A stretch of 63,876 bases of DNA, the filler included. It is 6 parts of 6 records of this genome, joined end to end, with 100 filler letters (N's around TTAATTAATTAA, not from the genome) between each part and the next. Parts side by side here need not be neighbours in the genome. Positions count along the whole stretch, not along the records: positions 30,722 to 46,066 come from DRR723986_25461; positions 46,167 to 63,876 come from DRR723986_25581; 4 more parts are not named here. One strand, 5' to 3'. This document shows, piece by piece, positions 37,933-48,021 of this stretch. Below the pieces are notes generated by a model, which did no database searches, had not been told where the DNA came from, and saw only the letters and a program-made list of their open reading frames with translations. A program made the translations under genes and the position numbers. Each line of letters opens with the position of its first letter. Positions within the stretch are counted from its first letter, which is position 1.

Positions 37933-38217
37933 TTATTTGGGCCAAACGTTCGGCCAGTTTGCCAGTTTTTCTTCAATAAACGCTTTCACTTCCTGGCATT
38001 TATCCAGTTCACGTTGCCGTGCCTTCATCTCCGTTTGCAATTCAGCAAGATCACCTTCGCGGTTACGAATCGTCTCTTCCAATTGGGTTTGACGTTGACG
38101 TAGTTCACGAATTTCTTGTAATTGCTCAGGCGTAATCCATGAAGTGCAGGAAAACATCACTAATGACGATACGCCCAACAGGCCACCGACCAGTAATGTT
38201 TTGAAATTTTGTCGCAT
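37933..38217 (-). CDS. Small coiled-coil lipoprotein (94 aa)
   Basis: GGAGG RBS, lipoprotein-type signal ending MFS-C, heptad-patterned mature region ending WPNVWPK. Confidence 0.8.
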   Translation of the reverse strand: MRQNFKTLLVGGLLGVSSLVMFSCTSWITPEQLQEIRELRQRQTQLEETIRNREGDLAELQTEMKARQRELDKCQEVKAFIEEKLANWPNVWPK

Positions 38218-38595
38218 GCATCCTCCGAAGTCACAGAAGCTAACAGTTGAAATCAAGATCATTAAGGTACATTCAGCTGAGAATTACGCAAATTAGCTCT
38301 TTTCTGCTGAATTATCCATAAAATCTGAAAGTATGTTGAAAAAAATGCCAATTCTCATCAATTGGTTACACTTTGAAAACTTTAGCATAACTTCGCGGCA
38401 GGACTGTGATTCGCAGCTTTGCGGAAGCGGGTCACACTGAAAGAGTTTTTACTCGCGGCTTGCGGTTCATCCACAGGCCGACTTATTTTGCGGCCCGAAG
38501 TAACAGTAAAAGCTGAAAATGTATATTTTCCCGACGGATAAGCGGCTTTTACGTATTTTTCGCCGTACTACTTCACTTCACTTTTTGCGCTAAAC

Positions 38596-39957
38596 ATGCG
38601 AAACCAGATCAGCATCATCGACGATGATGCCCACATGCTACGATATTTGGGCAAGGTCCTATCCAACTCCGGTGCGGACGTCCTGTTATATAATTCTCCA
38701 CAACGATTTTTAGCGTCATTTGAGGTCTCCGGCCCCGACGTTATCGTTCTTGACTTACTCATGCCCGAAATGAGTGGTATCGATGTCCTGCAGTACGTTC
38801 GCAAGCGCCGCCAGCATATTCCTGTAATCATGCTTACGACCGAAGCCAAGATCGAAACTGCCGTGCGCGCCATGAAAGCCGGTGTAGATGACTATATAAC
38901 GAAGCCAATAGACAAAGACGAGTTTGTTCTGCGTGTGCGCCGCGCTCTGGAAGTTGGCGCCCTGCGTTCTTCTGCCAAGTCGCAGCTGCTCTCGAATCGC
39001 GACAGATTTTCAGTCACAAGCATTGTAGGCGAAAGCAAACACGCCCGCAAACTGCGCGAAGAAGCTGTCAAGGCGATTTCCGCTCCGTCACGACCAATCT
39101 GGATTCTGGGAGACTACGGCGCCGGTAAGCGTCACCTGGCGCGCGTGATCCACTACGGTAGTGCCGCAATTGGTGGCCTTCTGGCCGGTTACCGCGCCAA
39201 CGAAATCGAACAGGATGAGCAGCGTGCCTTTTTCTTGGGGCAAATGAATCGCCCCGCCGATGGTGGGGTGCCCGTGCGTCAGCGCGGCGTGCTTGAACAG
39301 GCCGACGGCGGTACCGTCATAATTGAACATCCCGAAAAACTTGAGCCCAGCGTACTGCGCGCCTTTTACGATGCCGGTTCCGGCCACGGCGTGCGGCCGG
39401 TTGGTTCCAACGAAGACGTGCCCGTTAATGTGCGCGTCATCTTTGTCTCCGACAGCGCCGGAGTAGAAGAACTGCGCGAGCAGCACAAACTCGACCAGGA
39501 CCTGCTGCGTGACTTTGGTGATGCGATCATTCAGGTGCCGGCACTTGGCAAGCGTCCGGAAGACATTCCCGAGCTCACAGAATTTTATCTGGCTGAAAAT
39601 TCACTGCGACGCATGCGCAATTACTCAGTGGATGAAGAAGCGATGGCGCGTCTGGTGTCGTACGCCTGGCCGCATAACATTCTGGAGCTGCAGAATGCGC
39701 TCGACCGCGCGATGCTCGACGCTGAAAATGACGTCATTTCGCTGCGCAACCTGACGCTTGGGACTGCGGGCTGGTCTTCCGGTATCACCGGAACGGTCTT
39801 CTCAATTCCGCAGGGCCTCTCGATCAAGGATCTGCAGGGCGAATATGTGCGCCAGACGCTGGAGTATTTCCAGAGCAACCTCGAAAAAACTGCGGCCTCC
39901 CTCAGCATCAGCCGCAAAACGCTCTGGGAAATCCGCAAGAAGTTTGACCTTCCCTGA
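38596..39957 (+). CDS. NtrC-type response regulator (REC-AAA+-HTH) with a degenerate AAA+ domain
   Basis: Receiver IDDD / VLDLLMP / ITKP, GDYGAGK Walker A and a Fis-type HTH TAASLSISRKTLW. GAFTGA and the Walker B DE pair are absent. Confidence 0.9.
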   Translation: MRNQISIIDDDAHMLRYLGKVLSNSGADVLLYNSPQRFLASFEVSGPDVIVLDLLMPEMSGIDVLQYVRKRRQHIPVIMLTTEAKIETAVRAMKAGVDDYITKPIDKDEFVLRVRRALEVGALRSSAKSQLLSNRDRFSVTSIVGESKHARKLREEAVKAISAPSRPIWILGDYGAGKRHLARVIHYGSAAIGGLLAGYRANEIEQDEQRAFFLGQMNRPADGGVPVRQRGVLEQADGGTVIIEHPEKLEPSVLRAFYDAGSGHGVRPVGSNEDVPVNVRVIFVSDSAGVEELREQHKLDQDLLRDFGDAIIQVPALGKRPEDIPELTEFYLAENSLRRMRNYSVDEEAMARLVSYAWPHNILELQNALDRAMLDAENDVISLRNLTLGTAGWSSGITGTVFSIPQGLSIKDLQGEYVRQTLEYFQSNLEKTAASLSISRKTLWEIRKKFDLP

Positions 39958-40144
39958 CGTGTGCCTGCGTTCCGGGCCTAATCCCTGGTATTCATCGCCG
40001 ATGCAAATGCTTCGGACACATCCGATGAGTGCCTAAAAAAGTGTATTTTTGCAGCACATTTTTTGTAGAACGATACAGCAGCGTTGACAGCGCAGCCGCA
40101 TGCTAACAGTTGCGGCTGTTCGTGTTTTTGGAGTGCAGGAGACT

Positions 40145-42874
40145 ATGAGTGATCAGGGCGCGGATGCGCAAAATTCAACCGGCGAATTAGAAAAAACCTA
40201 CGATCCCGGTAAACACGAAGCCTACTGGCGTGACTTCTGGAATGACAACCGCATTTTTGCCGCTGATGAACACAGCGACAAACCCGCATATTCCGTGCTG
40301 CTGCCGCCACCAAACGTCACCGGAATGCTGCACATGGGCCACATGTTCGGCGATACGATTCAAGATATCTACTGCCGCTGGCGCCGTATGAGCGGTGACG
40401 AAGTCGCGTGGTTCCCAGGCGTTGATCACGCCGGAATCGCCACTCAAACCAAGGTGGAAGCCGAGCTGGCCAAAGAAGGCCTGACGCGCCATGACCTGGG
40501 CCGTGAAAAATTTCTGGAGCGCGTCTGGCAATGGCGCCATGACTATGGTGATATCATCCTGGACCAGCTGCGCACAATTGGTGTGTCCTGTGACTGGGAT
40601 CGCCTGCTTTTTACATTGGATGACTCTGCCTCGAACGCCGTGCGTGAAGTATTTATCAGGCTCTTTGATGAAGGCCTGATCTACCGCGGCCAGCGCATCA
40701 TCAACTGGTCACCCCTGGCGCAGACGGCGCTCTCCGATGAGGAAGTTAATTTTAAGGAAGTTCAGAGTCAGCTCTACACGCTGCGTTATCATCGGGAAGA
40801 TGGCGGTGCGCCGCTGCAGGTAGCCACTGTGCGCCCCGAGACCTTGTTTGGTGACGTTGCCGTTGCCGTTAACCCGGCAGATGAGCGTTATGCGGATTTG
40901 ATCGGCAGCAACGTGCGGGTTCCGCTCGTTGGACGCTGGATTCCAGTGATTGCCGACGACCACGCGCGCATGGACTTTGGTACCGGTGCGGTGAAAATTA
41001 CGCCGGCACATGATCCAAATGACTTTGAAGTCGGCAAGCGCCACAACCTGGAAATGCCCAATACAATCAACCCCGACGGTACGCTCAACGCGCTTACCGG
41101 TGAGTTTGACGGCGTGGACAGATTCGAGGCCCGTAAACGCATAGTCGCCAAACTGGAAGAACTTGAGCTGGTCGAGAAAATCGAAGACTACAGCCACAGC
41201 GTCGGATTCTCCGAGCGCGGCAAAGAAGCCATCGAACCCTACCTCAGCGATCAGTGGTTCGTCAACATGGTACCGCTCGCCGATCAGGCCCTGCAGCCCG
41301 TCCGCGACGGCGAAATTCGCTTCCACCCCGAGCACTGGACTAAAACCTACGAACACTGGATGACCAACGTGCGCGACTGGTGCATCTCACGTCAACTCTG
41401 GTGGGGACACAGGATCCCGGTCTATTATGCGCCCGACGGCTCCTTTACGGCCGCGCGTTCGGAAGAACATGCACGCGAAAAACTGGGCGTCCCTGCGGAC
41501 ACTAATTTGCGTCAGGATCCCGACGTTCTCGACACCTGGTTTTCATCCGCGCTCTGGCCGATGACGACCATGGGGTGGCTGGCCGACGGCGAACAGGAAG
41601 AAACTGACGTCCTCAACAAGTTTTTGCCGACGAATCTGCTCGTCACCGGCCCGGACATCATTTTCTTCTGGGTGGCGCGTATGATCGTCATGTCCAAAAA
41701 ATTTAAGCAGGCAATTCCGTTCAAGGATGTCTACTTTACCAGTTTGATTCGCGACGGTAAAGGCCGCAAGATGTCCAAGTCATTGGGCAACTCACCGGAT
41801 CCGCTCCAAATCGTAGAGCGCTATGGCGCTGATGCCACGCGCTTCTCGCTCATCTATGTTGCGCCAATCGGCCTGGACGTGCGCCTGGCGGTCGACGAAA
41901 AAACGCAGGACATCAGCACTATTGAGCTGGGCCGCAACTTTGCCAACAAAATTTGGAATGCGGCGCGTTTTCTGCTCATGAAACGCAAAGAAGTTGGAGC
42001 CACGGGCGCAACCAGCCTCAATCTGGCAAATGCCGATTTGACGGACGCCTGGATTCGCGCGCGTTTTAATCAAACAATCGTCGAAACACGCTCCGCACTC
42101 GAAATCTTCAGACTCAACGAATATTCCAGTAAACTCTATGAGTTCATCTGGAGTGACTTCTGTGACTGGTTTGTGGAAGCCGTCAAAATCCGCGTGGCCG
42201 GTACCGACGACAATCACGCCCAGCAGGTCTGTGTAGACCACGCTTTTGAAATCTTTGAAGGTGTAATGCGCCTGCTGCATCCCGTCATGCCATATCTGAC
42301 GGAAGTGCTCTGGCATGCCATCGGCGCCGGTGCTGCCGACGAAAGTCTGGCGCGTGCCGACTTCCCGGTTGAGGACGAGGCGGCTATCAACCCGGATGCA
42401 CTCGCAAATTTTGCGCGCGTGCAGCTCGTGATTGAGGAAATTCGCGGCCTGCGTGGCCAAATGAAAATTCCACCGCATGAGCGCCTGCCTGTCAGCGTGC
42501 GTTGTACTTCTGCCGCGGACGTTGAACTGCTCGAATCCGTACGCGGATTGATTCGCGATCTGGCGCGTGTAGAAAATCTTGAAATCAAGACCGAACTCAC
42601 AAAACCAAAAGGCTCAATCGCCTCGGTCGCTGCCGGTGTGGAAGTTTTCCTGACTTTGGCCGGTCACATCGATCTCGATAAAGAGCGCGAGCGTATTAAC
42701 AAAGAAATCAAACGCATTGAAGGTTTGGTAAAAGGGACGTCCAAAAAGCTCGGTAATGCGCGCTTCCTGGATAATGCGCCTGCAGAAGTCGTTGAAAATG
42801 AGCGGGCCAAGCTGAGTAATTTTGAAGCAACGCTGGAAAAACTGCGCAACAACGTGCAGCAACTTTCCGAATAA
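40145..42874 (+). CDS. valS: Valine--tRNA ligase
   Basis: PPPNVTG.LHMGH, DHAGIATQ, ATVRPET, WCISRQLWWGH, KMSKS and a C-terminal coiled coil; AGGAG before the ATG at 40145. Confidence 0.98.
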   Translation: MSDQGADAQNSTGELEKTYDPGKHEAYWRDFWNDNRIFAADEHSDKPAYSVLLPPPNVTGMLHMGHMFGDTIQDIYCRWRRMSGDEVAWFPGVDHAGIATQTKVEAELAKEGLTRHDLGREKFLERVWQWRHDYGDIILDQLRTIGVSCDWDRLLFTLDDSASNAVREVFIRLFDEGLIYRGQRIINWSPLAQTALSDEEVNFKEVQSQLYTLRYHREDGGAPLQVATVRPETLFGDVAVAVNPADERYADLIGSNVRVPLVGRWIPVIADDHARMDFGTGAVKITPAHDPNDFEVGKRHNLEMPNTINPDGTLNALTGEFDGVDRFEARKRIVAKLEELELVEKIEDYSHSVGFSERGKEAIEPYLSDQWFVNMVPLADQALQPVRDGEIRFHPEHWTKTYEHWMTNVRDWCISRQLWWGHRIPVYYAPDGSFTAARSEEHAREKLGVPADTNLRQDPDVLDTWFSSALWPMTTMGWLADGEQEETDVLNKFLPTNLLVTGPDIIFFWVARMIVMSKKFKQAIPFKDVYFTSLIRDGKGRKMSKSLGNSPDPLQIVERYGADATRFSLIYVAPIGLDVRLAVDEKTQDISTIELGRNFANKIWNAARFLLMKRKEVGATGATSLNLANADLTDAWIRARFNQTIVETRSALEIFRLNEYSSKLYEFIWSDFCDWFVEAVKIRVAGTDDNHAQQVCVDHAFEIFEGVMRLLHPVMPYLTEVLWHAIGAGAADESLARADFPVEDEAAINPDALANFARVQLVIEEIRGLRGQMKIPPHERLPVSVRCTSAADVELLESVRGLIRDLARVENLEIKTELTKPKGSIASVAAGVEVFLTLAGHIDLDKERERINKEIKRIEGLVKGTSKKLGNARFLDNAPAEVVENERAKLSNFEATLEKLRNNVQQLSE

Positions 42875-43023
42875 GCTCCTGCGCAAATTATTTCAGGCAA
42901 TTCTGAATCTGCCGAAACTAAACGTATATTACCCGTCTGGGCCCTTAAACCCGGCGGGTGATAATTTAGCTGTTACATCTACTCGTTGACGATCAGGCGT
43001 CGAAGGTAAACACACCCACTACT

Positions 43024-44205
43024 ATGGCATCTCTGTCTATTTGTGTTCTGCTCAAGAATGAAGCCAGCTCGCTTCCCGGACTGCTCGAAAATATTCGCGG
43101 GCTGGGTGATGAGATTGTTGTGCTTGACACCGGCTCAACAGACACAAGTGTGGAGCTTGCCCGCAATGGCGGTGCGCGTGTTGAAAGCTTCAATTGGACC
43201 GATGACTTTGGCGCCGCTCGTAATGTTTTGATGGGGCATGCCAAGAGCGATTGGATATTGATGTTGGACGCTGACGAGCGCCTTGCGCCGGGCAGTGCCG
43301 AAAAAATCAAAACAGCCATCCAGGGCAAGTCATTGGCCTACCGTAGTACAATTCTGAATGTGCTGCCCCAGTCCGTCGTCACGCCCTTGCTGCCGCTGCC
43401 GTCTACGCGTCTCTTCCGTCGCGATGAGCGCCTCAAGTTTGAAGGACGCGTGCACGAATCGATTGATCTCTCACTCAAACGCACTACTCGTGAACCCACG
43501 CCGTCTGAAATCGACATCCTGCATGTGGGCTACGAAAATCCCGACAGAATGCATCGCATTCGCAATCGCCGGCTCTTCGAATCCGAACTTAACAACGACC
43601 CTACCGAAGCCTGGATTCGCACACATCTGGCATTAAACTATTTTTATGCTTCCGATTACGATCAGGCCTGTGAACACTTTAAACTTGCTCTGGCCTCACA
43701 GACAAATGATCTCTCTGGTGTAGCGCGCTCAATTCTTTTGGCGCTGCAGGCGGAAGTCAGCCGCCGTGGCGGTGAAAAGTTGCGCCAGGCACGCTCCTAT
43801 GCCATTAAGGCTACCCAGATGGGCGGTAACATCTTTGCCGAACATCTCTTAGCCAGCCTCGACCTGCTGGACGATCATCCCGATGGCGCACTTAAACGCT
43901 TCCGTGAACTCGACGCCGCTTCAATCGACAAACGATTCTACCGCGTTAACCGCGGCGAACTCTACGCTGAAATCGCCAAAGTTTTGCTTAAACAACGCGA
44001 ATTGGACAAGGCCATTGAGTATTGTGAACTGGCGCGGGATCACCCGTCTTATGACGCCATGTTCATCGGTGGATATCTGTACGAGCAGAAACGCGACTAT
44101 ACACGTGCATTGGAATTCTATGAAATTGCACGGCCCCTGGCTACCAGCCAGCACGATATTCTGCGCCGTATCGCCGCCTGCCGCCAGGCCATGGCGCCCA
44201 GCTAG
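43024..44205 (+). CDS. Glycosyltransferase family 2 with TPR-like helical C-terminus
   Basis: KNEA, DTGSTD, W.DDFGAARN, LDADE, F.GRVHE and ILHVGY motifs, followed by helical repeats. Confidence 0.9.
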   Translation: MASLSICVLLKNEASSLPGLLENIRGLGDEIVVLDTGSTDTSVELARNGGARVESFNWTDDFGAARNVLMGHAKSDWILMLDADERLAPGSAEKIKTAIQGKSLAYRSTILNVLPQSVVTPLLPLPSTRLFRRDERLKFEGRVHESIDLSLKRTTREPTPSEIDILHVGYENPDRMHRIRNRRLFESELNNDPTEAWIRTHLALNYFYASDYDQACEHFKLALASQTNDLSGVARSILLALQAEVSRRGGEKLRQARSYAIKATQMGGNIFAEHLLASLDLLDDHPDGALKRFRELDAASIDKRFYRVNRGELYAEIAKVLLKQRELDKAIEYCELARDHPSYDAMFIGGYLYEQKRDYTRALEFYEIARPLATSQHDILRRIAACRQAMAPS

Positions 44206-44293
44206 TGCCTTAGTCAATACTTCACGACGTAAATCGTTTACCACGCCGATAACGTAGACAGCACTTGTCCCATCTTTTGCCGGTGTTTAAGCC

Positions 44294-45496
44294 ATGAATG
44301 AAGTATTTATCGTCGAACCCTTACGCACTCCCGTCGGCCGTTATGGTGGCGCACTCGCTTCCGTACGCCCAGATGATTTAGCCGCTACCGTAATCAGCGC
44401 AGTTGTAGAACGCGCCGGTATCCCTGTTGGAGAAATTGACGACGTCATTCTTGGTTGTGCCAATCAGGCCGGTGAGGATAATCGCAATATTGCACGCATG
44501 GCTGGTCTGCTGGCCGGTTTGCCACAATCGGTTCCCGGAGTAACTGTTAACCGCCTTTGTTCCTCATCCCTGGAAGCCGTTATTCAGGCAGCACGTGCTA
44601 TCCGTGCCGGGGAAGGTGAAATGTTTATAGCCGGTGGCGTGGAATCCATGTCCCGCGCACCGTATTCAATTCCAAAAAATGCGACGGGTAAAACGCTCTT
44701 TGGCAACTTAACAGCGTATGATACAGCGCTTGGTTGGCGTTATCCAAACCCTAAAATGAAAGAGATGTTCCCACTCGAAGCGATGGGTGAGACTGCTGAA
44801 AATGTTGCTGAACGCTGGGATATTTCGCGTGAGGCGCAAGACGAATTTGCATTGGCTTCACATCAAAAGGCCGTGGCGGCGCAGGATGCCGGTGTGTTTA
44901 ATGAGGAAATTGTGCCTGTTAACATTCCGCAGCGCAAAGGTGATCCAATTGTCGTAGATCGCGATGAACAACCGCGTCGTGATACCTCGATTGAAAAACT
45001 CGCTAAGCTCCGTCCAGCTTTCCGCAAAGGTGGAAGTGTTACGGCCGGTAATGCCTCCAGTTTAAATGATGGCGCCGCCGCGATGTTGGTTGTAAGTAAA
45101 CGCGCTCTGGAACAGTTTAACTTAACGCCGGTGGCGCGTTACGTGTCTTCCGGTGCTGCGGGTGTTGATCCCCGTATTATGGGTGTCGGGCCTGTCATGG
45201 CAACACAAATGGCAGTTAAACGCGCCGGACTGCAGCTGGCAGACTTGCAGCGTTATGAGTTAAATGAGGCGTTTGCAGCGCAGTCACTGGCCTGTGTTAA
45301 CCAGCTGAATTTTGATCCCAAAATGGTTAATATTTATGGTGGCGCAATTGCAATCGGGCATCCGCTTGGCATGAGCGGTGGGCGTCTTATCAGTACCTTA
45401 ACACGTTCAATGCGTCGCGATGGACTGCGTTATGGCGCTGCCGCATTATGTGTTGGCGTAGGGCAGGGGCTTGCCGCTGTATTTGAAGGTGTTTAA
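44294..45496 (+). CDS. Thiolase (acetyl-CoA C-acyltransferase, PcaF/PaaJ-like)
   Basis: [38 protein letters not shown] and CVGVGQG motifs. Confidence 0.95.
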   Translation: MNEVFIVEPLRTPVGRYGGALASVRPDDLAATVISAVVERAGIPVGEIDDVILGCANQAGEDNRNIARMAGLLAGLPQSVPGVTVNRLCSSSLEAVIQAARAIRAGEGEMFIAGGVESMSRAPYSIPKNATGKTLFGNLTAYDTALGWRYPNPKMKEMFPLEAMGETAENVAERWDISREAQDEFALASHQKAVAAQDAGVFNEEIVPVNIPQRKGDPIVVDRDEQPRRDTSIEKLAKLRPAFRKGGSVTAGNASSLNDGAAAMLVVSKRALEQFNLTPVARYVSSGAAGVDPRIMGVGPVMATQMAVKRAGLQLADLQRYELNEAFAAQSLACVNQLNFDPKMVNIYGGAIAIGHPLGMSGGRLISTLTRSMRRDGLRYGAAALCVGVGQGLAAVFEGV

Positions 45497-45525
45497 GTTT
45501 GTGTTGTAGGTTTGCTGAAATCTTC

Positions 45526-45561
45526 AGAGCCGTTGGTCTTGTGCCGGCGGCTCTTTTTTTT
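45526..45561 (+). terminator. Intrinsic terminator after the thiolase
   Basis: AGAGCCGTTGG...CCGGCGGCTCT stem followed by a T run. Confidence 0.85.
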
Positions 45562-46066
45562 GTTTAAGTGGCAATTATTTTGCTGTCTGCTTTGTGGGGC
45601 TGGTTGCGCGCTGGTGACTGTTTGTTAATAGCTTTGACCACTGAGTTGTGTTTGTTTGTGTCGACTTGATTCAGCCTCACTCCCTTGCTGCGCGGCGGGC
45701 CTGGTCTGTTTAAGCATTTTGTTTTGCGCTGAGTGTTTAGCTTCCGGCTTTTGAGTCTGTCTTAGGTTGTTGTGCTCACAATGCAAGTGTTAATAAACTC
45801 AATTTTGCTTTGAATCACACTGTGAATCGCGTTCTGGGCCACCTGCCGGGCCACTTTTTGGGCGCGCGCGGGCTTGACTGTTTGGGGCTGTGGCTGTTGG
45901 GTGACGCGCGAAATTCGGTGGCTGACAATGGCATTGCAAACCGTAACGATGCGCTTAGGGCCGGTTATCGATTACTCAGTTAGCCTCACTTTGGGGTCTT
46001 TGAGACCAGTCACAGAGACTTGGGACTAGCAACAGTCCCCACCAACAAATTGCAAGTAAATGCGCA

Positions 46067-46166
46067 NNNNNNNNNNNNNNNNNNNNNNNNNNNNNNNNNN
46101 NNNNNNNNNNTTAATTAATTAANNNNNNNNNNNNNNNNNNNNNNNNNNNNNNNNNNNNNNNNNNNN
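46067..46166. other. Synthetic contig spacer
   Basis: Same 100-bp block. Confidence 0.99.
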
Positions 46167-46235
46167 GGTAGCTCAGTTGGTTAGAGCGCAGGATTCATAA
46201 CCCTGAGGTCGGGAGTTCAAATCTCCCTCTCGCTA
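46167..46235 (+). tRNA. tRNA-Met(CAT), probably elongator; about 5 nt missing at the 5' end
   Basis: TAGCTCAGTTGGTTAGAGC D arm, CAGGA-TTCATAA-CCCTG anticodon arm, GGGAG-TTCAAAT-CTCCC T arm. Lacks the initiator three G:C pairs; CCA not encoded. Confidence 0.93.
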
Positions 46236-46238
46236 CAT

Positions 46239-46267
46239 AAGGCTTTCGGAAATGGAAGCCTTTTTTT
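46239..46267 (+). terminator. Terminator after tRNA-Met
   Basis: AAGGCTTTCG-GAAA-TGGAAGCCTT followed by a T run. Confidence 0.88.
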
Positions 46268-46277
46268 GTTTTTATTA

Positions 46278-46538
46278 ATGGATGAATTTGTAGTCTATAT
46301 TCTTTATTCAAAATCCGCTGGCAAAACCTACACTGGTATGACATCGGATTTGATTACAAGGTTTCACTTTCACAACTACAAGTCAACCAAAGGGTTTACC
46401 TTAAAATATCGCCCTTGGTATGTCATTCATGTTGAATTCTTTACTACCAAAAAGAAAGCTTTGATGCGAGAAAAAGAATTAAAAACAGGTAAAGGAAGAG
46501 ACTGGATAAAACGTGAAATTCTAATAAATTATTACTAA
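46278..46538 (+). CDS. Small stand-alone GIY-YIG nuclease (SLX1/UPF0213-like, 86 aa)
   Basis: VVYILYS...TYTGMT.DL..RF..HN...FT..YRPW...VE.F...A..REKELK; catalytic Tyr, Arg and Glu positions present. Confidence 0.92.
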   Translation: MDEFVVYILYSKSAGKTYTGMTSDLITRFHFHNYKSTKGFTLKYRPWYVIHVEFFTTKKKALMREKELKTGKGRDWIKREILINYY

Positions 46539-46646
46539 GTACAGGTTTCATATCCGCTACAACACGGCGCACAGGCGCGGCGGTCAGCAGTTCAAGTCTC
46601 CCTCTCTCTACACAATGCTTTCGGAAACGAAAGCCTTTTTTTGTTT
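46539..46646 (+). repeat. Degenerate second copy of the tRNA-Met 3' half plus terminator, interrupted after the anticodon
   Basis: 46582-46646 matches 46207-46271 at 57/65 nt and 46539-46552 matches 46186-46199 at 11/14 nt; 29 GC-rich nt replace 7 nt between the two blocks. Confidence 0.9.
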
Positions 46647-46704
46647 GTATACTAGCTTCTCACTCTTAATTATTTACCAGCTAATTATTCTTTATTTTTA
46701 GAGG

Positions 46705-48021
46705 ATGACATCTTCCGAAATAAAAACTCCACCTACTTCACTTTTTTCTAAACTGAAGTTTCTTGGGCCTGGATTTATACTTTCGGCCTCCATTGTCGGA
46801 TCCGGTGAATTAATCGCAACAACGGTACTTGGTGCGAAAGGCGGGTTTATCACCTTTTGGGTCATTCTAGTTAGTTGTTTAATAAAAGTTGCGATCCAAC
46901 TGGAATTTGGTAAGAATACCATCGTAACTGGTAATCCATTGATGACTTCTTTTTCCACATTATCTGGACCAAAAAACTGGGCAGTTTGGAGCACTTTCAT
47001 ATTGACACTTTTTAAAATAGTGCAGCTGGGCGGGATGATTGGAGGAGCAGCCATTGCCCTTAGTATGCTTTTACCAATGCTACCTCCTATCCTACTCGCT
47101 TTTATTTTGGGAGCTATTACAAGTCTTTTAATTTACAGGAATTACTATAGTATAGTAGAGCGAACATCCTTGTTCATGGTTTTTGGATTCACTGTTTTTA
47201 CCCTGGCTTCTGTTATCGCAGTAAATTATAGTCCTTATGCCTTTTCAATTGATGATGTCTTATCTGGATTAACATTTGAATTGCCTTCAAATCTGATTTT
47301 CGTCGCGATTGGAGCTTTCGGTATAACAGGTGTTGCCAGCGATGAGATAATCGCCTACACTTACTGGTGCCTAGAAAAAGGCTATGCCAAGTATACCGGC
47401 GAAAATGATGGAAGTGAGGAATGGAAAGTCAGGGCAAATGGATGGATTAAAGTCATGTATCTAGATGCCATCTTCGCAATGCTTATTTACACCCTCGTCA
47501 CTGCAGCATTTTATCTTTTGGGCGCTTCTATTCTATATGGCAATGAGGCTATTCCAAGTGGCAATCAACTTATAGAAACCTTGGCTAGTATCTATACTCA
47601 AACCCTAGGCGGCAATGCAAGGCTTACATACATTACCGGAGCTTTCTTTGTGCTTTTTTCGAGTGTGTTTGCTACGCTTGCTTATTGGACACGATTGCTT
47701 CCAGATATCTTTGGAGAATTAGGTTGGATAGCTTATGAAAATCTGAAAACTAGAAAAAAATGGGTTGCTATACTAGCCTGGGTTCTACCGATCCTATGGG
47801 CTCTTGCCTTTGCATATGTAGAGTTACCTGCGTTTATGGTACTGTCTGGAGGAATAGTAGGTTCAGTACTTCTATTAGTAGTCGTCTATGCAGCCATTCA
47901 GTTTCGATTTAAAAACAGTGTTTTAAAATTGGACTCAGGATTTATTTCTATTCTCCTATTCTGGCTTAGCGTACTTTCCATAGGATTGGTATCTTTCTAT
48001 GGAATTGTGAAGTTATTTTAG
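46705..48021 (+). CDS. Nramp-like (MntH-related) membrane transporter
   Basis: LGPGFILSASIVGSGELIATT start and about 11 hydrophobic segments. Lacks the canonical DPGN motif, so the substrate is unassigned. Confidence 0.8.
   Translation: MTSSEIKTPPTSLFSKLKFLGPGFILSASIVGSGELIATTVLGAKGGFITFWVILVSCLIKVAIQLEFGKNTIVTGNPLMTSFSTLSGPKNWAVWSTFILTLFKIVQLGGMIGGAAIALSMLLPMLPPILLAFILGAITSLLIYRNYYSIVERTSLFMVFGFTVFTLASVIAVNYSPYAFSIDDVLSGLTFELPSNLIFVAIGAFGITGVASDEIIAYTYWCLEKGYAKYTGENDGSEEWKVRANGWIKVMYLDAIFAMLIYTLVTAAFYLLGASILYGNEAIPSGNQLIETLASIYTQTLGGNARLTYITGAFFVLFSSVFATLAYWTRLLPDIFGELGWIAYENLKTRKKWVAILAWVLPILWALAFAYVELPAFMVLSGGIVGSVLLLVVVYAAIQFRFKNSVLKLDSGFISILLFWLSVLSIGLVSFYGIVKLF

Noticed and set aside
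45562-46066. G/T-skewed non-coding tail with small hairpins (GGGACT/AGTCCC, GGTC/GACC) as a riboswitch or retron-like RNA
   Set aside because: No conserved riboswitch or msr/msd features are identifiable and the downstream context is cut off.
46539-46612. Second tRNA gene
   Set aside because: Lacks the 5' acceptor strand and D arm, has a damaged T stem and an insertion after the anticodon; reported as a degenerate repeat instead.
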